Shown here: positions 53,701-64,000 of the stretch, piece by piece
How the letters are laid out: the number at the start of each line of letters is the position of its first letter
Numbering within the stretch: position 1 is the first letter of the stretch
Position numbers and translations under genes: made by a program
Assembly (NCBI RefSeq): GCF_009914755.1
Contig: NC_060936.1
Strand: one strand, 5' to 3'
Source: the human T2T-CHM13v2.0 reference genome, Homo sapiens
Length of the DNA stretch: 64,000 bases
The notes under the pieces: generated by a model
The model's input: only the letters and a program-made list of their open reading frames with translations
Databases searched by the model: none
Told to the model about the DNA's origin: nothing

Positions 53701-56700
53701 ACACAGCCCAAAGAAGTTACTGAGACTTCTCCTATCAAACATTATATGAAGAAATCCCGTTTCCAACGAAGGCCTCAAAGAGGTCCAAATATCTGCTTGC
53801 AGACTTTACAAAGACAGTGTCTCCAAACTCCTCCATCAAAAGAAAGGTTATACTCTGTGAATTGAACGCACACATCACAAAGTAGTTTCTGAGAATGATT
53901 CTGTCTAGTTTTTTTACGAAGATATTTCCTTTTCTACATTTGGCCTAAAAGCGCTTGAAATCTCCACCTGCAAATATCACAAAAAGAGGGTTTCACATCT
54001 GCTCTGTCTAAAGGACAGTTCACTTTTGTGAGTTGAATAGAGGCAACACAAAGAACTTACTCAGTATTCTTCTTTCTAGCGTTCTATGAAGAAATCCCGT
54101 TTCCAACGAAGGCCACAAAGAGGTCCAAATATCTGCTTGCAGACTTTACAGACAGAGTGTTTCCAAACTACTCTATGAAAAGAAAGCTTAAACTCCTTGA
54201 GTTGAACGCACACATCACAAAGTAGTTTCTGAGAATGATTCTGTCTAGTTTTTATACGAAGATGTTTCCTTTTCTACATTTGGTCTCAAAGCGATTGAAA
54301 TCTCCAACTGGAAACTGCACAAATAGGGTGTTTCAAATCTGCACTGTGTAAAGGAAGGTTCAACTCTGTGAGTTGAATACGCACACCACAAATAAGTTAC
54401 TGAGAATTCTTCTGTCGAACATTACTTGAAGAAATCCCGTTTCCAACGAAGGCCTCAAAGAGGTCCAAATATCCACTTGCAGACATTACAAACAGAGTGT
54501 TTCCAAACTGCTCCATCAAAAGAAAGGTTAAACTCTGTGAGCTGAACCCACACATCAAAAAGAAGTTTCTGTGAATGATTCTGTCTAGATTTTATAAGAA
54601 GATGTTTCCTTTTCTACCGTAGGCCTCAAAGCGCTTGAAATCTCCAGCTGCAAATTCCACAAAAAGGGTGTTTAACATCTGCTCTTCTAAAGGAAAGTTC
54701 ACCTCTATGAGTTGAATACACACAGCACAAAGAAGTTACTGAGACTTCTCCTATCAAACATTATATGAAGAAATCCCGTTTCCAACGAAGGCCTCAAAGA
54801 GGTCCAAATATCTGCTTGCAGACTTTACAGACAGAGTTTTTCCAAACTGCTCCATCAAAAGAAAGGTTAAACTCCTTGAGTTGAACACACACATCACAAA
54901 GTAGTTTCTGTGAATGATTCTGTCTAGTTTTTATACGAAGATGTTTCCTTTTCTACCTTTGGTCTCAATGCGATTGAAATCTCCACATGGAAACTCCACA
55001 AAAAGAGTGTTTCAAATCTGCTCTTTCTGAAGGAAGGTTCAACTCTGTGAGTTGAATACACACACCACAAATAAGTTACTGAGAATTCTTCTGTGTAACA
55101 TTATATGAGGAAATCCCGTTTCCAACGAAGGCCTCAAAGAGGTCCAAATATCCACTTGCAGACTTTACAAAGACAGTGTCTCCAAACTCCGCCATCAAAA
55201 GAAAGGTTATACTCTGTGAATTGAACGCACACATCACAAAGTAGTTTCTGAGAATGATTCTGTCTAGTTTTTATACGAAGATATTTCCTTTTCTACATTT
55301 GGCCTAAAAGCGCTTGAAATCTCCACCTGCAAATATCACAAAAAGAGGGTTTCACATCTGCTCTGTCTAAAGGACAGTTCACCTCTGTGAGTTGAATAGA
55401 GGCAACACAAAGAACTTAGTCAGTATTCTTCTTTCTAGCGTTCTATGAAGAAATCCCGTTTCCAACGAAGGCCCCAATGAGGTCCAAATATCTGCTTGCA
55501 GACTTTACAGACAGAGTGTTTCCAAACTACTCTATGAAAAGAAAGCTTAAACTCCTTGAGTTGAACGCACACATCACAAAGTAGTTTCTGAGAATGATTG
55601 TGTCTAGTTTTTATACGAAGATGTTTCCTTTTCTACATTTGGTCTCAAAGCGATTGAAATCTCCAACTGGAAACTGCACAAATAGGGTGTTTCAAATCTG
55701 CTCTGTCTAAAGGAAGGTTCAACTCTGTGAGTTGAATACACACACCACAAATAAGTTACTGAGAATTCTTCTGTCGAACATTACTTGAAGAAATCCCTTT
55801 TCCAACGAAGGCCTCAAAGAGGTCCAAATATCCACTTGCAGACATTACAAACAGAGTGTTTCCAAACTGCTCCATCAAAAGAAAGGTTAAACTCTGTGAG
55901 CTGAACACACACATCAAAAAGAAGTTTCTGTGAATGATTCTGTCTAGATTTTATAAGAAGATGTTTCCTTTTCTACCGTAGGCCTCAAAGCGCTTGAAAT
56001 CTCCAGCTGCAAATTCCACAAAAAGGGTGTTTAACATCTGCTCTTCTAAAGGAAAGTTCAACTCAATGAGTTGAATACACACAGCAGAAAGAAGTTACTG
56101 AGACTTCTCCTATCAAACATTATATGAAGAAATCCCGTTTCCAACGAAGGCCTCAAAGAGGTCCAAATATCTGCTTGCAGACTTTACAAAGACAGTGTCT
56201 CCAAACTCCTCCATCAAAAGAAAGGTTAAACTCCTTGAGTTGAACACACACATCACAAAGTAGTTTCTGTGAATGATTCTGTCTAGTTTTTATACGAAGA
56301 TGTTTCCTTTTCTACCTTTGGTCTCAAAGCGATTGAAATCTCCACATGGAAACTCCACAAAAAGAGTGTTTCAAATCTGCTCTTTCTGAAGGAAGGTTCA
56401 ACTCTGTGAGTTGAATACACACACCACAAATAAGTTACTGAGAATTCTTCTGTGTAACATTATATGAGGAAATCCCGTTTCCAACGAAGGCCTCAAAGAG
56501 GACCAAATATCCACTTGCAGACTTTACAAAGACAGTGTCTCGAAACTCCTCCATCAAAAGAAAGGTTATACTCTGTGAATTGAACGCACACATCACAAAG
56601 TAGTTTCTGAGAATGATTCTGTCTAGTTTTTATACGAAGATATTTCCTTTTCTACATTTGGCCTCAAAGCGCTTGAAATCTCCACCTGCAAATATCACAA

Positions 56701-58245
56701 AAAGAGGGTATCACATCTGCTCTGTCTAAAGGACAGTTAACCTCTGTGAGTTGAATAGAGGCAACACAAAGAACTTACTCAGTATTCTTCTTTCTAGCGT
56801 TCTATGAAGAAATCCCGTTTCCAATGAAGGCCCCAATGAGGTTCAAATATCTGCTTGCAGACTTTACAGACAGAGTGTTTCCAAACTACTCTATGAAAAG
56901 AAAGCTTAAACTCCTTGAGTTGAACGCACAGATCACAAAGTAGTTTCTGAGAATGATTCTGTCTAGTTTTTATACGAAGATGTTTCCTTTTCTACATTTG
57001 GTCTCAAAGCGATTGAAATCTCCAACTGGAAACTGCACAAATAGGGTGTTTCAAATCTGCTCTGTCTAAAGGAAGGTTCAACTCTTTGAGTTGAATACAC
57101 ACACCACAAATAAGTTACTGAGAATTCTTCTGTCGAACATTACTTGAAGAAATCCCGTTTCCAACGAAGGCCTCAAAGAGGTCCAAATATCCACTTGCAG
57201 ACATTACAAACAGAGTGTTTCCAAACTGCTCCATCAAAAGAAAGGTTAAACTCTGTGAGCTGAACACACACATCAAAAAGAAGTTTCTGTGAATGATTCT
57301 GTCTAGATTTTATAAGAAGATGTTTCCTTTTCTACCGTAGGCCTCAAAGCGCTTGAAATCTCCAGCTGCATATTCCACAAAAAGGGTGTTTAACATCTGC
57401 TCTTCTAAAGGAAAGTTCAACTCAATGAGTTGAATACACACAGCCCAAAGAAGTTACTGAGACTTCTCCTATCAAACATTATATGAAGAAATCCCGTTTC
57501 CAACGAAGGCCTCAAAGAGGTCCAAATATCTGCTTGCAGACTTTACAAAGACAGTGTCTCCAAACTCCTCCATCAAAAGAAAGGTTATACTCTGTGAATT
57601 GAACGCACACATCACAAAGTAGTTTCTGAGAATGATTCTGTCTAGTTTTTTTACGAAGATATTTCCTTTTCTACATTTGGCCTAAAAGCGCTTGAAATCT
57701 CCACCTGCAAATATCACAAAAAGAGGGTTTCACATCTGCTCTGTCTAAAGGACAGTTCACTTTTGTGAGTTGAATAGAGGCAACACAAAGAACTTACTCA
57801 GTATTCTTCTTTCTAGCGTTCTATGAAGAAATCCCGTTTCCAACGAAGGCCACAAAGAGGTCCAAATATCTGCTTGCAGACTTTACAGACAGAGTGTTTC
57901 CAAACTACTCTATGAAAAGAAAGCTTAAACTCCTTGAGTTGAACGCACACATCACAAAGTAGTTTCTGAGAATGATTCTGTCTAGTTTTTATACGAAGAT
58001 GTTTCCTTTTCTACATTTGGTCTCAAAGCGATTGAAATCTCCAACTGGAAACTGCACAAATAGGGTGTTTCAAATCTGCACTGTGTAAAGGAAGGTTCAA
58101 CTCTGTGAGTTGAATACGCACACCACAAATAAGTTACTGAGAATTCTTCTGTCGAACATTACTTGAAGAAATCCCGTTTCCAACGAAGGCCTCAAAGAGG
58201 TCCAAATATCCACTTGCAGACATTACAAACAGAGTGTTTCCAAAC
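50761..58245 (-). repeat. Tandem duplication of a 3737-bp (22-monomer: 8+8+6) block
   Basis: Rare markers recur at +3737: aacccacac (50810/54547), tccgccatc, tcccttttcc (52057/55794), gaggacc, tctcgaa, ccaatgaag (53076/56813), gcatattcc and gcactgtgta. Confidence 0.92.
53396..54414 (-). repeat. 6-mer variant HOR A-(B/C)-D (1019 bp); also 57133-58151 and 62229-63247
   Basis: The B start fuses to C at ~53800 ('atctgcttgcagactttacaaagacagtg'). The length is 1359-340. Confidence 0.9.
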
Positions 58246-58579
58246 TGCTTCATCAAAAGAAAGGTTAAACTCTGTGAGCTGAACACACACATCAAAAAGA
58301 AGTTTCTGTGAATGATTCTGTCTAGATTTTATAAGAAGATGTTTCCTTTTCTACCGTAGGCCTCAAAGCGCTTGAAATCTCCAGCTGCAAATTCCACAAA
58401 AAGGGTGTTTAACATGTGCTCTTCTAAAGGAAAGTTCAACTCTATGCGTTGAATACACACAGCACAAAGAAGTTACTGAGACTTCTCCTATCAAACATTA
58501 TATGAAGAAATCCCGTTTCCAACGAAGGCCTCAAAGAGGTCCAAATATCTGCTTGCAGACTTTACAGACAGAGTGTTTC

Positions 58580-61400
58580 CAAACTGCTCCATCAAAAGAA
58601 AGGTTAAACTCCTTGAGTTGAACACACACATCACAAAGTAGTTTCTGTGAATGATTCTGTCTAGTTTCTATACGAAGATGTTTCCTTTTCTACCTTTGGT
58701 CTCAAAGCGATTGAAATCTCCACATGGAAACTCCACAAAAAGAGTGTTTCAAATCTGCTCTTTCTGAAGGAAGGTTCAACTCTGTGAGTTGAATACACAC
58801 ACCACAAATAAGTTACTGAGAATTCTTCTGTGTAACATTATATGAGGAAATCCCGTTTCCAACGAAGGCCTCAAAGAGGTCCAAATATCCACTTGCAGAC
58901 TTTACAAAGACAGTGTCTCCAAACTCCTCCATCAAAAGAAAGGTTATACTCTGTGAATTGAACGCACACATCTCAAAGTAGTTTCTGAGAATGATTCTGT
59001 CTAGTTTTTATACGAAGATATTTCCTTTTCTACATTTGGCCTAAAAGCGCTTGAAATCTCCACCTGCAAATATCACAAAAAGAGGGTTTCACATCTGCTC
59101 TGTCTAAAGGACAGTTCACCTCTGTGAGTTGAATAGAGGCAACACAAAGAACTTACTCAGTATTCTTCTTTCTTGCGTTCTATGAAGAAATCCCGTTTCC
59201 AACGAAGGCCCCAAAGAGGTCCAAATATCTGCTTGCACACTTTACAGACAGAGTGTTTCCAAACTACTCTATGAAAAGAAAGCTTAAACTCCTTGAGTTG
59301 AACGCACACATCACAAAGTAGTTTCTGAGAATGATTCTGTCCAGTTTTTATACGAAGATGTTTCCTTTTCTACATTTGGTCTCAAAGCGATTGAAATCTC
59401 CAACTGGAAACTGCACAAATAGGGTGTTTCAAATCTGCTCTGTCTAAAGGAAGGTTCAACTCTGTGAGTTGAATACACACACCACAAATAAGTTACTGAG
59501 AATTCTTGTGTCGAACATTACTTGAAGAAATCCCGTTTCCAACGAAGGCCTCAAAGAGGTCCAAATATCCACTTGCAGACATTACAAACAGAGTGTTTCC
59601 AAACTGCTCCATCAAAAGAAAGGTTAAACTCTGTGAGCTGAACACACACATCAAAAAGAAGTTTCTGTGAATGATTCTGTCTAGATTTTATAAGAAGATG
59701 TTTCCTTTTCTACCGTAGGCCTCAAAGCGCTTGAAATCTCCAGCTTCAAATTCCACAAAAAGGGTGTTTAACATCTGCTCTTCTAAAGGAAAGTTCAACT
59801 CTATGCGTTGAATACACACAGCACAAAGAAGTTACTGAGACTTCTCCTATCAAACATTATATGAAGAAATCCCGTTTCCAACGAAGGCCTCAAAGAGGTC
59901 CAAATATCTGCTTGCAGACTTTACAGACAGAGTTTTTCCAAACTGCTCCATCAAAAGAAAGGTTAAACTCCTTGAGTTGAACACACACATCACAAAGTAG
60001 TTTCTGTGAATGATTCTGTCTAGTTTCTATACGAAGATGTTTCCTTTTCTACCTTTGGTCTCAAAGCGATTGAAATCTCCACATGGAAACTCCACAAAAA
60101 GAGTGTTTCAAATCTGCTCTTTCTGAAGGAAGGTTCAACTCTGTGAGTTGAATACACACACCACAAATAAGTTACTGAGAATTCTTCTGTGTAACATTAT
60201 ATGAGGAAATCCCGTTTCCAACGAAGGCCTCAAAGAGGTCCAAATATCCACTTGCAGACTTTACAAAGACAGTGTCTCCAAACTCCTCCATCAAAAGAAA
60301 GGTTATACTCTGTGAATTGAACGCACACATCTCAAAGTAGTTTCTGAGAATGATTCTGTCTAGTTTTTATACGAAGATATTTCCTTTTCTACATTTGGCC
60401 TAAAAGCGCTTGAAATCTCCACCTGCAAATATCACAAAAAGAGGGTTTCACATCTGCTCTGTCTAAAGGACAGTTCACCTCTGTGAGTTGAATAGAGGCA
60501 ACACAAAGAACTTACTCAGTATTCTTCTTTCTTGCGTTCTATGAAGAAATCCCGTTTCCAACGAAGGCCCCAAAGAGGTCCAAATATCTGCTTGCACACT
60601 TTACAGACAGAGTGTTTCCAAACTACTCTATGAAAAGAAAGCTTAAACTCCTTGAGTTGAACGCACACATCACAAAGTAGTTTCTGAGAATGATTCTGTC
60701 CAGTTTTTATACGAAGATGTTTCCTTTTCTACATTTGGTCTCAAAGCGATTGAAATCTCCAACTGGAAACTGCACAAATAGGGTGTTTCAAATCTGCTCT
60801 GTCTAAAGGAAGGTTCAACTCTGTGAGTTGAATACACACACCACAAATAAGTTACTGAGAATTCTTGTGTCGAACATTACTTGAAGAAATCCCGTTTCCA
60901 ACGAAGGCCTCAAAGAGGTCCAAATATCCACTTGCAGACATTACAAACAGAGTGTTTCCAAACTGCTCCATCAAAAGAAAGGTTAAACTCTGTGAGCTGA
61001 ACACACACATCAAAAAGAAGTTTCTGTGAATGATTCTGTCTAGATTTTATAAGAAGATGTTTCCTTTTCTACCGTAGGCCTCAAAGCGCTTGAAATCTCC
61101 AGCTTCAAATTCCACAAAAAGGGTGTTTAACATCTGCTCTTCTAAAGGAAAGTTCAACTCTATGCGTTGAATACACACAGCACAAAGAAGTTACTGAGAC
61201 TTCTCCTATCAAACATTATATGAAGAAATCCCGTTTCCAACGAAGGCCTCAAAGAGGTCCAAATATCTGCTTGCAGACTTTACAGACAGAGTTTTTCCAA
61301 ACTGCTCCATCAAAAGAAAGGTTAAACTCCTTGAGTTGAACACACACATCACAAAGTAGTTTCTGTGAATGATTCTGTCTAGTTTCTATACGAAGATGTT
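58580..61400 (-). repeat. Local tandem duplication of a single 1359-bp HOR
   Basis: The markers agtttcta (~58668, 60027, 61386), tctcaaagta, tcttgcgttc, gcacac, ccagtttt, ttcttgtgtc and cagcttcaaa each recur at +1359. Confidence 0.88.
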
Positions 61401-64000
61401 TCCTTTTCTACCTTTGGTCTCAAAGCGATTGAAATCTCCACATGGAAACTCCACAAAAAGAGTGTTTCAAATCTGCTCTTTCTGAAGGAAGGTTCAACTC
61501 TGTGAGTTGAATACACACACCACAAATAAGTTACTGAGAATTCTTCTGTGTAACATTATATGAGGAAATCCCGTTTCCAACGAAGGCCTCAAAGAGGTCC
61601 AAATATCCACTTGCAGACTTTACAAAGACAGTGTCTCCAAACTCCTCCATCAAAAGAAAGGTTATACTCTGTGAATTGAACGCACACATCACAAAGTAGT
61701 TTCTGAGAATGATTCTGTCTAGTTTTTATACGAAGATATTTCCTTTTCTACATTTGGCCTAAAAGCGCTTGAAATCTCCACCTGCAAATATCACAAAAAG
61801 AGGGTTTCACATCTGCTCTGTCTAAAGGACAGTTCACCTCTGTGAGTTGAGTAGAGGCAACACAAAGAACTTACTCAGTATTCTTCTTTCCAGCGTTCTA
61901 TGAAGAAATCACGTTTCCAACGAAGGCCCCAGTGAGGTCCAAATATCTGCTTGCAGACTTTACAGACAGAGTGTTTCCAAACTACTCTATGAAAAGAAAG
62001 CTTAAACTTCTTGAGTTGAACGCACACATCACAAAGTAGTTTCTGAGAATGATTCTGTCTAGTTTTTATACGAAGATGTTTCCTTTTCTACATTTGGTCT
62101 CAAAGCGATTGAAATCTCCAACTGGAAACTGCACAAATAGGGTGTTTCAAATCTGCTCTGTCTAAAGGAAGGTTCAACTCTTTGAGTTGAATACACACAC
62201 CACAAATAAGTTACTGAGAATTCTTCTGTCGAACATTACTTGAAGAAATCCCGTTTCCAACGAAGGCCTCAAAGAGGTCCAAATATCGACTTGCAGACAT
62301 TACAAACAGAGTGTTTCCAAACTGCTCCATCAAAAGAAAGGTTAAACTCTGTGAGCTGAACACACACATCTAAAAGAAGTTTCTGTGAATGATTCTGTCT
62401 AGATTTTATAAGAAGATGTTTCCTTTTCTACTGTAGGCCTCAAAGTGCTTGAAATCTCCAGCTGCAAATTCCACAAAAAGGGTGTTTAACATCTGCTCTT
62501 CTAAAGGAAAGTTCAACTCAATGAGTTGAATACACACAGCCCAAAGAAGTTACTGAGACTTCTCCTATCAAACATTATATGAAGAAATCCCGTTTCCAAC
62601 GAAGGCCTCAAAGAGGTCCAAATATCTGCTTGCAGACTTTACAAAGACAGTGTCTCCAAACTCCTCCATCAAAAGAAAGGTTATACTCTGTGAATTGAAC
62701 GCACACATCACAAAGTAGTTTCTGAGAATGATTCTGTCTAGTTTTTATACGAAGATATTTCCTTTTCTACATTTGGCCTAAAAGCGCTTGAAGTCTCCAC
62801 CTGCAAATATCACAAAAAGAGGGTTTCACATCTGCTCTGTCTAAAGGACAGTTCACCTTTGTGAGTTGAATAGAGGCAACACAAAGAACTTACTCAGTAT
62901 TCTTCTTTCTAGCGTTCTATGAAGAAATCCCGTTTCCAACGAAGGCCCCAAAGAGGTCCAAATATCTGCTTGCAGACTTTACAGACAGAGTGTTTCCAAA
63001 CTACTCTATGAAAAGAAAGCTTAAACTCCTTGAGTTGAACGCACACATCACAAAGTAGTTTCTGAGAATGATTCTGTCTAGTTTTTATACGAAGATGTTT
63101 CCTTTTCTACATTTGGTCTCAAAGCGATTGAAATCTCCAACTGGAAACTGCACAAATAGGGTGTTTCAAATCTGCTCTGTCTAAAGGAAGGTTCAACTCT
63201 GTGAGTTGAATACACACACCACAAATAAGTTACTGAGAATTCTTCTGTCGAACATTACTTGAAGAAATCCCGTTTCCAACGAAGGCCTCAAAGAGGTCCA
63301 AATATCGACTTGCAGACATTACAAACAGAGTGTTTCCAAACTGCTCCATCAAAAGAAAGGTTAAACTCTGTGAGCTGAACACACACATCAAAAAGAAGTT
63401 TCTGTGAATGATTCTGTCTAGATTTTATAAGAACATATTTCCTTTTCTACCGTAGGCCACAAAGCGCTTGAAATCTCCAGCTGCAAATTCCACAAAAAGG
63501 GTGTTTAACATCTGCTCTTCTAAAGGAAAGTTCAACTCTATGAGTTGAATACACACAGCACAAAGAAGTTACTGAGACTTCTCCTATCAAACATTATATG
63601 AAGAAATCCCGTTTCCAACGAAGGCCTCAAAGAGGTCCAAATATCCACTTGCAGACATTACAAACAGAGTGTTTCCAAACTGTTCCATCAAAAGAAAGAT
63701 TAAACTCTGTGAGCTGAACACACACATGAAAAAGAAGTTTCTGTGAATGATTCTGTCTAGATTTTATACGAAGATGTTTCCTTTTCTACCTTTGGTCTCA
63801 ATGCGATTGAAATCTCCACATGGAAACTCCACAAAAAGTGTGTTTGAAATCTGCTCTTTCTGAAGGAAGGTTCAACTCTGTGAGTTGAATAAACACACCA
63901 CAAATAAGTTACTGAGAATTCTTCTGTGTAACATTATATGAGGAAATCCCGTTTCCAACGAAGGCCTCAAAGAGGTCCAAATATCCACTTGCAGACTTTA

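Larger units (their letters stand above)
1..64000 (-). repeat. Alpha-satellite HOR array, SF1 (J1/J2 dimeric), 8-mer 1359-bp HOR; probably D12Z3 (human chr12 centromere)
   Basis: There is uninterrupted ~170-bp monomer and ~340-bp dimer periodicity. The reverse complement reads 'GGACCTCTTTGAGGCCTTCGTTGGAAACGGGATTTCTTCAT', typical of SF1. The HOR register 'tcgaacattac' falls at 71, 1430, 2787, 4146 and onward (1359-bp spacing). One HindIII site (e.g. 1199) and one PvuII site (e.g. 301) occur per canonical HOR, as I recall for D12Z3. Alpha-satellite identity is near certain; the chromosome assignment is less so (~0.75) and needs alignment to confirm. Confidence 0.97.

Noticed and set aside
1-64000. 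CRISPR-like reading of conserved ~40-bp blocks separated by variable sequence
   Set aside because: The 'spacers' are themselves homologous alpha-satellite monomers of ~300 bp that repeat. There are no cas genes, and the conserved block is the CENP-B box region.
1-64000. Assignment to D10Z1 (SF1 8-mer with 6-mer variants) or to SF2 8-mers (D14Z9/D22Z1)
   Set aside because: The sequence next to the box is SF1-type, which argues against SF2. Canonical units lack RsaI sites and have single HindIII and PvuII sites, which from recalled restriction definitions favours D12Z3. D10Z1 cannot be fully excluded without alignment.
1-64000. Transposon insertion (L1/Alu), inversion or non-satellite island
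   Set aside because: The monomer register and orientation are continuous from start to end. The only indels seen are 1-4 bp (e.g. ~1563, 28860, 40020, 43284, 50546) or whole dimers.

Overview
The whole 64 kb window is primate (almost certainly human) centromeric alpha-satellite DNA in one orientation, with CENP-B boxes reading on the minus strand. I found no genes, transposon insertions or inversions. The array is of the dimeric suprachromosomal-family-1 (J1/J2) type. Its canonical higher-order repeat (HOR) is 1359 bp, made of 8 monomers or four ~340-bp dimers that I call A-B-C-D. Each canonical HOR has one HindIII site, one PvuII site and no RsaI site, which best fits D12Z3 (chr12, S1C12H1L); D10Z1 is the less likely alternative. 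The interesting signal is architectural. Positions 1-38.16 kb are about five near-identical tandem copies of a 7473-bp, 44-monomer 'super-HOR' (8+8+8+12+8 monomers), with one extra 8-mer inserted and one doubly mutated CENP-B box per period. At ~38.16 kb there is an abrupt switch to a more heterogeneous domain. That domain contains 6-, 10- and 12-mer variants, a composition-swapped 8-mer, a 3737-bp tandem duplication and a single-HOR duplication. The four supplied ORFs are chance reading frames in satellite DNA. All coordinates were read by eye, using the 'tcgaacattac' motif at the start of dimer A as the HOR register.
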